A DNA stretch of 49,680 bases, filler included, from Catajapyx aquilonaris (Eukaryota), in NCBI GenBank assembly GCA_000934665.2. It is 2 parts of 2 records of this genome, joined end to end, with 100 filler letters (N's around TTAATTAATTAA, not from the genome) between each part and the next. Parts side by side here need not be neighbours in the genome. Positions count along the whole stretch, not along the records: positions 1 to 24,797 come from JYFJ02005457.1; 1 more part is not named here. The stretch is one strand, 5' to 3'. The translations under genes and the position numbers were made by a program. Under the pieces are notes generated by a model. It saw only the letters and a list, made by a program, of their open reading frames with translations. It made no database searches and had not been told where the DNA came from. Shown one piece after another: positions 1 through 13,602 of the stretch. Within the stretch, counting starts at the first letter, position 1, and each line of letters starts with the position of its first letter.

Positions 1-871
1 TACTAGGTTTAAATTAGACCAACGTTGCATGTCAGAATGACCATGTCAGTGCCAAGCATGAATAAAGACGCTCTAGGCGTAGGCAATAAATGTACCATGC
101 TGTTTATGCGCAGTTTACAACAGTCTGCTTTGTACTGCTGAAATGACAAGATGAGGGTGGAAGTGCAGGAAGAGACACCACTCATTGTTTACCCCGGCAA
201 CTGATTTAAGCACACATCAACAATCACTATACCTTACCATGCACCTCATCGTTTGTTGCATTGCATCACTTCATAATGGATGCTGGGGTAAACAATGCAG
301 CAAAGCGCCTCTTCTTCCTGCCTCTTTTATATATCATCTTCAACTGGGGACTTGGGCAATGAAAACTTATTGCTCATGCGTTTTTGCTGTAATGACGTCG
401 ATCACTGCGACAATGCATGATGCCGCCTTTCAATCAGCTTGTGGGGTTCATAATGTGACCTTGCGGCCATCAGGGAAACAACGTGGGTGACTTGTACATC
501 TGATTTATTTCGTAACGCTTAAAGAGAACTTACAGAAAGGTTAGGATCAAAAAGCTGGGAGTAGAGGTAATGGGGTGGAACCCCCACGTGTCTGGCAGGA
601 CACGCAGGAAAGGACCTCAAGGGAAAGGAGGGGCAGGCTTATATTCTGCCAACACCCCGTGGGTCGATGGGAGTGACGTCAGGCTGATGCAACATATGAA
701 CATCATGTCAGATGAGCACTGCAAGGTTCACTGTCCCTGATCCGGAACTGTCACACACCCCACCGCTGAGACTGCGGCACAGGGTCCACTTGTCTTCGGA
801 AAGTTCCACCAGCCGTCTACATACACCAACAACAACACAGAGTACAAGTCAAAAAAAAAAATCAGGGCGGC

Positions 872-1570
872 TTACTCCTCCGAGGAGGAGGGGTCGAGTT
901 CCACGACCCCCTCCATCCTCTTTGCCGGGGCAGGACGCCTAGATGCAGATGCCGAGGAAGGGCCAGCGCTGGCTGCATCGGAGGATCCAGTACTGCGGGT
1001 CCCGGAAATGCCCCTGAACACACGCAGCCGAGCTGCGAATGACTTGCGGGAGCGAGTCCGGGTGTCCTCCCAGGGGTTAGTTCCAGTCAAAATGCGCCGG
1101 CCGTAGTCAACATCACACTCCCAGCGTGTCAGAAAATCTGCTGCGAGGGAGATGGGGAGGATGGCATCTGGCACAATCTCCGCGTCCTTGAGGATAGTCA
1201 GCCCCCCTATTTCCAGTGGGAGAGAGATGCGGCCCAGGGGCTTCACCTCTTGACCATCGGTGAGCCGGACGGAGCCGGTACACGAACCACGAACAGGAGG
1301 CCGAAGGTCCCTAGGGAGGGTCTCCAGGAATCCGGCCGCTATCGTGGATTTGGCAGACACACAGTCCAGGAGTGCCAAGACCCGTTGTCCAAAGACACTG
1401 ATCGCTACAGTGGTGGCTGCTACCACATTGGAGGTAGGGTTTGCCTGGGCCATCTCATCAGAAGTACAGGAACGCAGGTGTCCAAACTGGCACATCGGAG
1501 GTTCTAGTGTGTCTGATGAGATCTTGCTGCGATGCCCAGCATTTGTACTGCCTTCCCCCCTTTTTCTCAC
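872..1570 (-). mobile_element. Degenerate LTR-retrotransposon (Ty3/Gypsy-like) gag zinc-knuckle remnant and aspartic protease
   Basis: ORF reads CQFGHLRSC (knuckle relic), LALLDCVSAKSTI (degenerate LLD[ST]GA), VRLTDGQEVKPLGRISLPLEIGG and ISLAADFL..WECDVDY (ILGxDFL motif). The catalytic DSG/DTG is changed to DCV. Confidence 0.75.
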
Positions 1571-2589
1571 TTTTTTTTTTCTTCAGCCCCACTTGTCTAA
1601 CGCCAAACACAATCCCCCAGCGCTTCCGGGTGAAGTGCACCCGGGAACATCTAACCGACCAAGACTCATTTGGATCCATCTTAGTCGGATAAATGGAAAG
1701 TGACCCAGCCCCAACCCCTTCCCACATAATACACCATGCACTGGGAGGCATAGGGGTTGGCTGGCTGGAATCAACGGGGTTTTCGGGAATCACCATACTT
1801 CCGTGCAAGGACAAGCCAGCACACGGGGACACAATTTCACATGGCTCAGATTCACATTAAGGTGGCGTTTTTTATGGGTGGCCCCCTGGATGTCGACACA
1901 TTTACACAAAACACATAACCCCAATCCTGCACTCCTGTCACTCCGACCTTCACCCACTGGCCTTCACGAAACGAGATAACACTCGCGTAAGGTGAGGAAC
2001 GCCATTTGATGCAACCGGCACACACACACGATATTTCAACGGGTCTTGTATGCACAATAAAAGAGTCGTCCGTATGATGTAGGTCACGTTCATTCATTGG
2101 GTGTGGTCACATGTAGATCACGCCGGTTGTGGATTCACACGTAGCAGGACGTCCGCAGCCGTACGTACGAAGGGTGATATTATGAAACTATGGATATTCC
2201 TGAATGTCACTGTTAAAAAAAAAAAAAGTCGCAGCAACTGGCGACAGGAACTGGCGACCTTTGGTAATACATAGGATTGAATGAGAGTGACGACTCGCAA
2301 CTGCAGTCGCCTGTTGGTGAACCGACGCGCCGTACCCTCATCATTCCCCTCCAGCCAATTTCAACGGATGACTCGTCCATGAAGACAACATTGCTCTAGT
2401 CCTCCGCTGTCCAGTTCCTGTAGCTCTCTGTTTAATGAAGGGAAATAATGCGATATTATCGCGTAATGTGGCAACCATACTCATGTGTGTTTATACAGCA
2501 GTGGGATGGGATGGGCAAATATACCCATAGTATGACTATATCGACAATGTATTATTTCTTAATGTTATAATTGCCCAAATAGTAACATA

Positions 2590-2680
2590 CCACTAAATGC
2601 CAGTCTATCACGGCGATTCGCCACTGTCAGCAATGGCTTTTGGGCGGCTGTTCTACACCGCAGTCGAGCCTCTATCTGCA
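2590..2680 (-). mobile_element. Tc1-like transposase HTH-linker fragment
   Basis: LRCRTAAQKPLLTVANRRDRLAF matches the Tc1 pattern LxxRxxxKKPLLTxxxxxxRLxFA. Boundaries approximate. Confidence 0.6.
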
Positions 2681-5600
2681 ACAAAATGACAGAATGACAC
2701 TTAATTTTTACCATAGCCAAAATATTGATGATCTCAATATCATAATCCAATGGTATGCTTTGAAAATCCTTTGTATGGCCAGCATCTACATAATTTCGAA
2801 TCTGCGGAGCCATTGGCCTCGGAACTCTGTATCCGCCCGCCATAGGCTGGATCCGCAACTTTGCGTAGGTTAGGTATGGTGATTCTGCTGGGAATGCATG
2901 TGAATCGAGGCGTGCAGTGTTTTTTCATGGGTGTGGTTCCAAATGTCGGGCTGTCTTGTGATGGTGGCCAGTGCAAGAAGAGGGATGTTTATATGAACAT
3001 GTAGGTATACGGTTTCATTATGCAGGGAGTCTATAGATTTACAGGTTTTTGCCCTTCACCCATTTTTTTCAGCTATAGACTATACAACCTACTACAGTAC
3101 TATATGTGGGACCATTCATGTCTACATGAATGGGTCGAAGTGGCTAAAAACACTCTGATTTACATGGTTAAAACTTTACACGTAAGCAAGTGTCATAGGG
3201 GACTATTTCCACTCGCGCACTTAGGATGCGCAGTCTCACCCGATTATGCCTTTAGAAGTGTCAGTTAAAACATTGACTTACAAACACGTGGTATGTAGGT
3301 TCAGAACCATTATTAATAATATCACAGCCGGCAGTTTATGGATCTTCAGCATGGACTGTGTTACTTCGGCATGCTCGTATCCCACCGGGCATCCGGTGCC
3401 ACTTTATGTAACCCTGTGACTTGAGGTGGGAATACACAACTATAGGAGATAAGAGTGAGCAGTCTCCAATGCCCTGAGACAAGTACACAGATTATATACC
3501 CCACTCCGTTCGCTGGAAATGAAGATCAACATGTAAATTGGTTTCACGGTTGAAATTTATTTAGCATGATTCAACCTCAGGCAGGTAGCAACTCCAGTCA
3601 ACACATCAGGGTCTACTATAGTTCCCAGCTCTGTTGGACACATTGTCCACTGGAATTATTCCCAGATCTCACGTTTGCAGCGGTGCGGTGCGTGTAGTTT
3701 GACGTTTTTGGGAAACCATCCACAACAGCTGTGAAAGGTGTTCTGGGGATTGGATAATATTTTCCATGGCTGTCTAGGAGCTTTGAGTTTTGTCTGACTG
3801 TGAGTTAGATGATATAGAATTCTCTCTCCGTTGATTGTCTTTTCCCGTTACCAACGTTGTCAGCAGAATGTCAGAAAAGTTAACCTTTAATGAGGGGAAG
3901 GCCACGGAACAACCTGGTTTTTAAGCTCCACAGAGTCAATACGGGTATCGACAGTGAATTACAACATATGAGGTACTCGCTACCTCCACCAGTTTTCATA
4001 ATAATTGTTGCTCGTCGCCAAATATTCCTTGGATGGTTAAGCGGGTCACATTCTCCGTGCTGGGCGTAACTGGTGTAACACGTTGTTGGCGTCTGTGACA
4101 TGATTATCTACGAATTAATTGGGCCAATTCATTTTCTTGCCTTGTGTTTCTTGTGACTTTGTGGCGTTTATGCTGCCATGTCAACAACCGCGTCATGCCT
4201 CCGGATGACCACCCAGAAACCGGCCGTTCGGCGAGCCTCCAGGATGTGCCTTTGAGCGTAGCTGCAACAATAAGAAGATCGTAAGTTGTTACGCCCCAGC
4301 GTGAGCACGGCATTGAGGACCATCTGATGAGCTTGACGCCTTGGTTGAGCGCCGTGCCGTGAGGTGACTGTGTTCCATTTCACTCACTGGGAGATTACAA
4401 GTACTGCATATGCATATGGAACCTACTGGTAAGAGCTACAATAAGTTAACTTCTCTTCTTCTGCTGTACACTCGTCCAGACCTTCATCAGGTAAAAGTTG
4501 AACACTTCCTCTCCTTCCCGATGAGATGCATTTGTAGCGTTCTTTTCCTCAAAATCTTCATTCTGCAATGCTGCGTCAGAACTGAAGGAATATTTTTAAA
4601 TCTGACACATTTCAAAGGTTTGAGGCCATGGTTTTTTCGAGTAGCTGATATCCATATAAATAGCCATTTGTCAATCCCAACGATCACTTATTGTTTTGGA
4701 GTGGGGTGATGTCTGCCATGTTTGATTGGTCTCCTCCACTTACGTCCCTTATGCGCTTATGGAGACTGGCAGTTCTCTTCTGCCACGATTGGAGGCGCTG
4801 GCCACTCTGCGCAACTCTAGCTGTGCCTCTCGTTGAGGCGCCATCCCTCTCCCTTCCATTCCTCCAGGAGTTCGGCTGCAGGGAAGACGTGTCCGGCCCC
4901 GTGTCCGCCTAGGGGCCGCCCCCAGTGTCCCAGTACCACCAGGGGAAGCGAGATGCTGACATACATAATCACAAGGTAACTTCCAGTCTGGGTTTTAAGG
5001 CATTTCATGTACAGCAGTGATCCATTGCTGCACAGGGTTGATGTTCCTCGTTCATAATTGCAATTGTGTATGCCTCTATAAGCATTCTCAACTTATTCTG
5101 GCAGATGCACTGTCATAAGTTGAAAGGTGCGGATTTTTTCAGAACGAATTCCGGCATTGTGTGTTCATCCAATTGATCCTTTTTTCTTTCACACATCGAA
5201 TTTTCTGTTTATAATGATGGATTCCAGGGGTGATGCAGACATGATGTGTGTGTCGTCCAGCAGGTTCACCCCCAACTTGTTCAAATCAATGTAGTCAGCC
5301 GCTGTGTAAAGTCGTTGGTTGGTCTTTAGACAACACACTACAGCCCCAAATTCTGCATCATTCAGCAGAAACCTATCGCCAGACACTACAAAACGCAGTG
5401 TTATTGTATGATACCAAAAGATTGTCAACCTATGGCCGATATGTAACATGTCGTCATAGGTTGTAGACTTGTAGGTTGTCCTGGGGTTGATCGCAGGTTG
5501 ATCATCTTGTTTGGCACATGCATATAGTGTCAAAACGGGGCAGGCCTATAATTGATTGAAATGGCGTGAATTGCCGTGTCCATGTCTTCGTGCCGATTTA

Positions 5601-6217
5601 TGAAGGATTCAAAATACACAAACTCTTGGTGAAATGAAGGCTTGCCCAAATTTTGAGATAGGTCATTTAACACAGGTCTGCAAAATTTCGCTGATGAAAA
5701 AGATTTTAATTGTGAATAGTCATTTGTTGGCACCTATGAACATAGTCTTGATGCCAGTAAAGGTTGTAGTTCCAGCTCATTGACTAGTCCTGTGCAGTAA
5801 GATTCTGAGGATAATTGCAATTATTTATTTATTTATTTCGTACCCCGTACCAGAGCATGGCCCTATGCATAATTATTGCAATATGGTATCAGACGTGTCT
5901 CTTGTAACATATTTGTTCTACAGGAGATGTTACAAAGAGATTTGGATTTAGCTTCCGCACTTTCTTCCGACAAGCTGGACTATTCCCGACCTTACTATTA
6001 TAATTTATGATGCGACCTCAAAAAAATCTAGTTCATATGTAGGGTTAGCTTGCGTCTCCCTTTATCATTGATGCCCCCTCACAGGGAAATGTCGTGATGG
6101 TGATGATGTGTCCTCAACGAGCACTGGAGCTTATTTTTCCTTGCTAATGTCAGCAGCATACCCTCATGATGATCTGTTGCAAGATTCAGCCACCACCTAA
6201 TTCTGTAGGTGGATACT

Positions 6218-6436
6218 TTATAATTGATAACAGGGAGGTTGGCCCAGCAATGCCTCTCAACCTCCAAGTATAGGGAGGGAAGGAAGTGGCTGTGGCCTAT
6301 TATACGGAAGCGACCCCAGAATTATCCTAGAAAGACCGTGGAAAACCACGGTCAAGGTTGCCGGCCCCGGGATTCGAACCCAGGACCTCCCGATTAGCAG
6401 TTGGACGTCTTATCCACTACGCCAACCTGCTTCGGT
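6218..6436 (-). mobile_element. tRNA-derived SINE with 14-bp target-site duplication
   Basis: Minus strand has A box TGGCGTAGTGG and B box GGTTCGAATCC. The direct repeat TGTAGGTGGATACT lies at 6204-6217 and 6437-6450. Confidence 0.9.
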
Positions 6437-7582
6437 TGTAGGTGGATACTGTATGTGTACCAATTAGGGGCCAAATGATGTCATGTGTAGGCCGAGTTGT
6501 GGTGGTTAAGGGGAGAAGTGAGATCTATTCGTTTTGGTTGGTCTTTTCACACCTGCGCAGGTCATACGAAAAACTCCGATCATGACAAAATGCACCAACT
6601 GTCATGGCCCTTCGGCATCACACTGCACTTGGGACCTTTATCATAATATCTATAGGTCAATTTAGCAAAATTAATAATTAAAATTGTTTTATTATTTTAC
6701 ATAGAAGGAGAGTCATTTGAGCGAGCCATAAACTTTAAGCATAAATAATGACACTGCTAATGGACCATTCTGTGGTCACAAGTGACATTTTTACATGTTT
6801 TTTTTTTTTTCAGAGGTATTGAAACTGAAAATTTTGACAGACTTAATATTTGGTTTTACGCATTACACTTCTTGCGTTCATAATGCAGGGTGTTTTTTCG
6901 GGCACATGTAGCAATTAACAGTGGCAATTTAATTTGTAACTATCGTGTATGTACCAATTTGTGTTTGTGCATGTTGAAAGTAACTTTGCGCCGTATAATT
7001 TATTGGATAAAAATTAGGTAGCTTAGTGCAAAGGAAAAAAAGCTGACAGAGAAAGGCAAGAAGGTTGATCACCATGTCTGATGCAAAATGCTTTAATTGA
7101 ATGTGACTCATTTATGTTCATTATTTTCCAGACAAAACATGGATGAACCCCAACTACCACCTTGCAACAGTTCAACAAGCTGTGCCTTCGCAAACGTGTG
7201 GGCCGCAGTGAGGGTGTCGCTGGTGGGTGAGGCGACTTCAGTGGAACTACTGTCCTTGTTGTGTGGAACTGTGGCCATTTACCTGTGGCGTGAAACTACA
7301 GCTCAGATTGGGGTGAAATGGTGAACAGCATCATCACTTGGCTGATACACAGGTATGGTGTAACCCAGTGTGTCAATGTTTCTTCCAGGTGAAAGTGTCT
7401 GTAATTACTGTAGAAACCTCATTATCATATATTAAGATAACATGGGTTGTAGACATATGAACCCAAGATTCACAATGCAGTAAATTTGTATAAAATTCAC
7501 AACAGGAATCTGAATGACAATTTTGTAGTGCGGAAAGGTTGGCCTTACCCACTATATCCTTACAGGGGGATCCAAAATACTT

Positions 7583-8074
7583 GCTGTTGCGATGGACAGG
7601 GTAAAAGCAAGCATCGGCAGATACATTGAGCCTTCCGGCCTTTTATAGGATATGTTGGTTGCTTCTTGCGGCTTATGCGCAGGTGTGGCAGCCATTGGAC
7701 GAGCTCGAGTGGTGAGCTGAGCGTGCCCCCCCATGTTCCACCAGGAAAAGTCATGCCAGTCTGAGAGTGTTGGTCGCATGAACTAAGGCAGATGTTTGCA
7801 ACCAGTGGTTGACATATGACATTTGTCACTGGCTAGTGGAGTGGATGGTCCGGAGATGTCATGTCTGAGCAAATGGTGCTGCGCTTTGATGGGGGGGCAC
7901 GCTCGGCTCACCAGTTGGTCTCGTCCGACGGTTGCCGCGCCTGCGCACAAGTTGCAAGAAGGCGCCTACACATCCTACTAAGTAGAGGAAGGATCAACTT
8001 ACATGTCCATGTTTGTCTTAACACTGTCCATCGCATGGCATCGAAACTAGCATCTCAAAACTTATTTTCTGACT
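7583..8074. mobile_element. Diverged MITE/foldback element (family A)
   Basis: 7659-7733 is a diverged reverse complement of 7891-7967, and the arms extend outward. The same family occurs at 25665-26668. Confidence 0.75.
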
Positions 8075-10169
8075 AGCCCTTGTGTATATTGCACCGTCTT
8101 GATTGAAATTTTACAACAAGGAGTAAATACAGTACAATGGATACAATGGATTGGGGTTTCGGATTTTAAAGTGTGCTACTTGCTGGGCATCATAGGTGCT
8201 GGAAAGAGCCTGTCCTCATGAAATGTCCGCATATAAATCAATAGGTTCCAACAGTTGCGCTCGGTGAGACTTAACAAGAGACCTACCCGCATGGAGCAAT
8301 GGCATTCCATCGCAAGCATTTATCTCGTCCCGGCCCACAAGTCCACATGAGCTTAGACCTTAATAGTAATGCTGCATACTGCTTTTTGACAAGAACTGTT
8401 GAGCAATCCTCCATTTCAATAATGTTGTGATCAGTGATCATGCACTTGGAAATACACTAAAACTGGTATAAGTCGAATATCCATGGGACCGGGGGAAAAA
8501 CTTCTTGTTATTGAAGATTGGAGTTAGAGAAGTTTGGCTTTTTTTAAGCACTTTACAGAGTGTTTCAGAGTCACGGGTCAAGTGCGCTCGCGGGGGTGAG
8601 GAAAATTTTTGGATCGCACTATATAGCTAAGGCACAATTGCAGAAAATGAACTGTACTGAGATGGACAAAGAGTTTGGCTGATAACCTGTGTACTTGTCT
8701 GAGGTTGCAGGCCCATGTTATTTTAAGCCAGTACGCTGAAATTTTTTACATTGCTAAATGAAGGGATCAAGGGGTACAAGAGGAAATGAAGTCAACAAAT
8801 TTTGTGCCCATTTCATGCCCAGTCCTACGTTTTTTCTACTTTATTGTATGGACAAGCAATATAATATTGCACATAGACTTCTGCTGTTTCAACCAGACAT
8901 TAACAGCTCCCATGTTGAGGGAAAGTGCCACTTGCATTGTGATTATAATATTTTGTAAAAAGTGTGTATTGGCTAATTGCATGACACCGAATCTTAATGT
9001 TGTCCTTTTTGTCTTTGACACTATTGACAGGTTGTGCAGATATGAGCTGCCAAAGCCCCAGTTGGTGCTACGAGTATGACAGCAACTGATACCTGGATTT
9101 GGCTGGACGCACTTGAAGCTTATTGCCCAAATGTCACAAAACTGGATGCTTCAGGATGGTTCTACAAGTGACATTTGTATGTGGAGACTTCAAGTGGCAA
9201 CAGTCTCCATCCTTTGGCCAAGCTGCCTTCTAGAGTTTCACCTGAATGCACCTACCCATTGGTGCAGCCAGCCTGCCATGTTCCAGTGCCATTCTCTTCT
9301 ACAAGCATTTTTCTGTGCCAAAGTGCTGCCCACATTCAGCAACTTCAATCACCAATCATGCACCAAGTTATGAGCAATTCCCGTACTGGTGTGTTAGGCT
9401 AAGTGCTTGCTAAGTGCACCTGACAACGAAGAAGACAGATCCTGGGACCTGGTAACATTTCATAGAACCAATGGATTTGGGCTTCTAGCTTTGCAAAGGG
9501 TCCAGACATCCGAGGACTGAGTGGGAGGACTTGGAGGATCAACATGGATACGGAGGCCTCTGGGACAATATGGGTGGGATGGGCTTCAATCTCCTAACCA
9601 TCAAGAGATCCCTTGCGGGGTGCTGGTGGGGACGACGTGAAGGTGGCAGTTGGGAAGAAGACCCAGGGGCCTCATCCACGCCTTCTACTCGTTCAGGACT
9701 AGATGCGACAGACGGAGTTAGACCATCACCAGAAAATTTGCATCTACGTCACCTGCCCCGCATCATCTTAATGGACCATCCACCAGTCATCAAAGAGTCA
9801 TTCCATGTCAAATCATCCCACTGATTCTGCCTTGACCCCTGTCCTTTTCATGAAACTTGGTGTACCAAGTGTCCTTACCTAGTTATAAATGAAAACCACC
9901 AAGTTTTTTTATTATTTATTTTTATTTATTTTTTTGCTTGTAATTCAAAAGTACGAAATATTCGCATTTTTATGCAAAATTTCCGCATCTTGAGGTAGTT
10001 AAGGACTACTTGCTCAGGAACTAGATGAGCTTGAACCTGTGCAATGTCTCATTTTAAAAAAGTCTGTTGATACTTTTTTTCCCCGTATGTTGGGTATGGT
10101 GGCTGTGAACTCAAGGCCGTTGTTTTTTTGTTGATTCCATGAACATTTTAGTGACATCTGCAACCTTCT

Positions 10170-10330
10170 TTTCACCTTCTGGTACAGTGAAACCCAACCA
10201 GTTGGCTCATAGGGGTTCACTATGCAAAGTATATCAGTAGAAGGTATTCTGAGCACATCAGGTGGCCCCTCCAAACACCTCGCCCTTGCCCATGCAAAGA
10301 TGCGATGATCTGCAACAAAACGTGTCTGAC
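10170..10330 (-). mobile_element. Probable DNA-transposase-like C-terminal remnant
   Basis: IIASLHGQG / PPDVLRIPSTDILCIVNPYEPTG resembles the FLHPxGP...PD...IL..V.P..TGRxY tail of a widespread invertebrate transposase-like family. Frameshifted; superfamily not determined. Confidence 0.35.
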
Positions 10331-12049
10331 CTTTAGCCTGATCATAAAAATCCAGACTTTCTCCAGTCCTCTCCCTCCCCGCTCCGGGGAGAGTCGAGGA
10401 ACAAAAGGCAAAAACTGCGCATTTCCTACGCAAACTCCAATCAAAATGCGTTCCCACTGTCACGTGATCCTGACGTGTCAAGACAAATAGCCAACCTGCT
10501 AAACTGTTTCTTTCTCCCAACAGAAATATACACAACCTCACCATCATGCTAATGTGTGCAGTTTCTGCTATTGCCAGAAGTACTGTATACGCAGTATTAC
10601 AACCTAGCTCATCATTGTTGTAAAACCACACGATCACCGTGTGCTCATCACCGTGGGAGATCCTCCCATGGCACAGCTCATTCTACTCGTTCAAGCAGTT
10701 TCTGTTCCAACAAGAATAGCCGTTCAAACAACATGGAAGTACTCCCATGCAATTGCACTTGTTCCATCCTAGCTTCAGCCAGAACTGAAGCACCCCTCCC
10801 TCTCTCCCTAACGAGACTACAACCACCACCGAAAACGACACCATTTCCAGCAGTCTTCGCAACCCTCACGGCGGCTGCAGAATTTATCCCTAGTGTTTCC
10901 AGCACACAGTCGTTAGCATTAGTCATTCCAGATATCGTTATGAGGGGTCCTATTGACTACCATGTGCTGCGCTCTATTTTCCCATGCAGGCCATCTGCAG
11001 CCATGTGTATGAGTGGCCTGGATTCAAATATTCCGAAGTAATCTCATTTGTTGGAACAAGATGCTAATTGACTATGGCAAGGAGAGCCGGTGAATAGCAG
11101 ACGTAGTTTTGTCCGGAACAATATGTCCATTATTGGCCATTTAGCCACTTAATTCAAATAGTAAATAGTAAATAGTTCAATTGCTCAATAGTAGATTCTT
11201 GGAAACATGGAGTTTGTTTCTCTGAGATACATTAATATAACTAAGAGGGTCATTGGTTCTTGTTAGTTGAACTGCCCTTTCTTCAGTGAAAGTGTTTTTA
11301 GCCAGCAGTGCAGCAACCTAAATAACTTATGGTACCCACCTGATTTTTTTCCCCTGTCTGATATTATCAATTCGTATTGCTATGGTATAGTTGCATGGAT
11401 CACAGGACTAAAGAAAACAATTGTAATTGGAGATTGCATTTATTGAAGTCCATATTTTTCCTGGATTGAAGATTATGAATATGTAGGGGTCACAAAATGT
11501 TTTGAAATAAGACACTACATATCATAGATTAACATATGGGCCATTTTTATTAACCCCTCAGTTTGAGAGAAATGTGTGCAAACTGTTGCAAGGGCTACTT
11601 ATAAATGCTGAGACTTGTAATGGTAGGGAAACGTGTTTAATTTGAGTACAATATTGTAATGGTTGGCATGCTATGGTCGAGGTCAATTACAATAACCAGG
11701 TATTATGCCCTGTTGTCTGTTTTATGATTGTGTGTCCAAACCCTCAGTTTGGGCAAGTAACATTGGTTTTATCTTCCGTATAGCTGAGAACCTCCTGGCG
11801 TCGCGTCGCTCCTTCGAATTTTGTTCATCAGGGACTCGTCTGCATCCTCGGCTGACGTGAGGAGGACAAGTGTACCTAGATTTCTCAAACATGCCACAGG
11901 TCATTAGCGCGTGTCCTGGGTCACTACATCGGAAAATCTCGGCGGCAACTCTCCCATGGAAAGGTCTCATTGAAACAAGTTGATCTCTTTCTCCCCGATG
12001 TTGTCTGCTTCCCAAAGTCGCGTGATTGCAGGATTGGTGGTAAAAGTTT

Positions 12050-12460
12050 GCATAAGCTCCACATGAAAGCCACCCCTCTCACAATAGACGAGGATGAGAA
12101 CCTGAGTAATTAGTGTCCAACCTTTGTCTCAATCCCTCTAACCCTCCACGTTGGAAGTAGTGACCAGGTAGTGACAGTACTCCCTCATTTGGACACCACA
12201 AGTTCCTTTGGGGGACTTATGAACTTCTGACTTGTACAACCGTGCTATTTACAGTAGTATCTTGCGATCGCCAATATTATAAGGGTATGGGACAAGCGAA
12301 GAGAAATACCTGTCTTTCATCACGAGAAGCTCCAAATAACGCAAAAGAAGGAAACTTATAAACTAAACGTTGTACGCAAGTCGTAGCAATGTGAACAAAC
12401 TTTGACTTTATCCAGTGGATCCAGTGTACGTCAAGAAGCTACTTGCCATGGGTCCCTGTT
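12050..12460 (+). mobile_element. Possible Gypsy integrase C-terminal remnant
   Basis: YNRAIYSSILRSPIL*GYG resembles AYNxAxHSSxxxSPxxxxYG, and LYPVDPVYVKK resembles xxPGDxVYV. Several stops and frameshifts. Confidence 0.35.
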
Positions 12461-12915
12461 CCTCTCCATGCTCCCTCACAATTTCATCCAGCCGCATCTG
12501 AAAAACATGTACTCACATTAGTTTCCTCTTGTCTGTTTTCCGGGATTGACCGTCTTCGTTTCTCCTCAAGACGAGCACTCCTCCGAAGCTTCCCCGTCTC
12601 CACAACCATCTTCTGCCGCTTCAGAAGATGCGGGGGCATGCCGATGCGGGAGGATGAATGCAGATTGAGAATATATTATAACTTACGGAATGTTCAACCG
12701 CCTCTTTTCTCTTCCCTGTTCTTTTCTTTTGTAGAAGAGCACCTACTTGGTTCTATCCAAGGGCAGAAAGGCCTGAATAGTGCTCTATTGTTTCTGCATG
12801 ATTTAATATTACTGTCCTTAATTAAGAGGGCAATAATCCCAGGATTCATGTGCTCATAGTCTCCTAGTGCAAGTGTGGTCATTTGAAAATCATGACTGCA
12901 TTGGCAGAGTGGACA

Positions 12916-13602
12916 GTAGATGTCTCAAGCAACCGGTACGTCGACTTTGTACGAGGACAGTTACCTTGGCCGTGTAAGGATGACCATACGGGAGCAGAGA
13001 ATGATGAGCGGACAGCAGAAGGGAGACCAGAGAAGATAGACCGTTAGCAGAGAGATGAAGAAGTGGTTCGAGAAAAGAAAAAAAAAAGCTGTTCACCCGT
13101 GTAGGGTCAACACTTTTTTTTCGAAGAAGGAAGTAATTGTAATGCACATATTCATGTTGATAATGTAAAAGTCTTGCGTCATTGTTGATGTATTGATTAT
13201 TCTAGGTGTTTATGGTAACGTGGTGTAACCAGGGGTCTTTCGTTGTTTGTTTAACTTTCCTTAGTTATCGTTGCTCAGACCCCTGTGTTGCCCCACGTTA
13301 CTGTAAACACCTAGAATAATCAATACATCAACAATGACGCAAGACTTTTACATTATCAACATGAATATGTGCATTGCAATTACTTCCTTCTTCTAAAAAA
13401 AAGTGTTGACCCTACACGGGTGAACAGCTTCTTTTTTCTTTTCTCGAACCTCTTCTTCTTCATCTCTCTGCTAACGGTCTATCTTCTCTGGTCTCCCTTC
13501 TGCTGTCCGCTCACCATTCTCTGCTCCCGTATGGTCATCCTTACACGGCCAAGGTAACTGTCCTCGTACAAAGTCGACGTACCGGTTGCTTGAGACATCT
13601 AC
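12916..13602. repeat. Long inverted repeat (foldback), ~320-bp arms and ~38-bp loop
   Basis: 12916-13238 is the near-exact reverse complement of 13277-13602, with a few substitutions and small indels. Confidence 0.97.

Noticed and set aside
3880..4101. WRRATII...LFRGLP, weakly Tudor-like or like a retroelement tail
   Set aside because: Too few conserved residues to choose a family.
6340..6436. Functional tRNA gene
   Set aside because: The tRNA-like head continues into a SINE body bounded by a TSD. The same applies to 26067 and 31600; 43680 lacks an acceptor stem.
9030..9400. LEAYCPNVTKLDASG, similar to a leucine-rich repeat
   Set aside because: Single motif among stops; no second repeat supported.
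10014..11041. Long ORFs of 207 aa (-) and 161 aa (+)
   Set aside because: No coherent domain; only a short transposase-like tail is recognisable.
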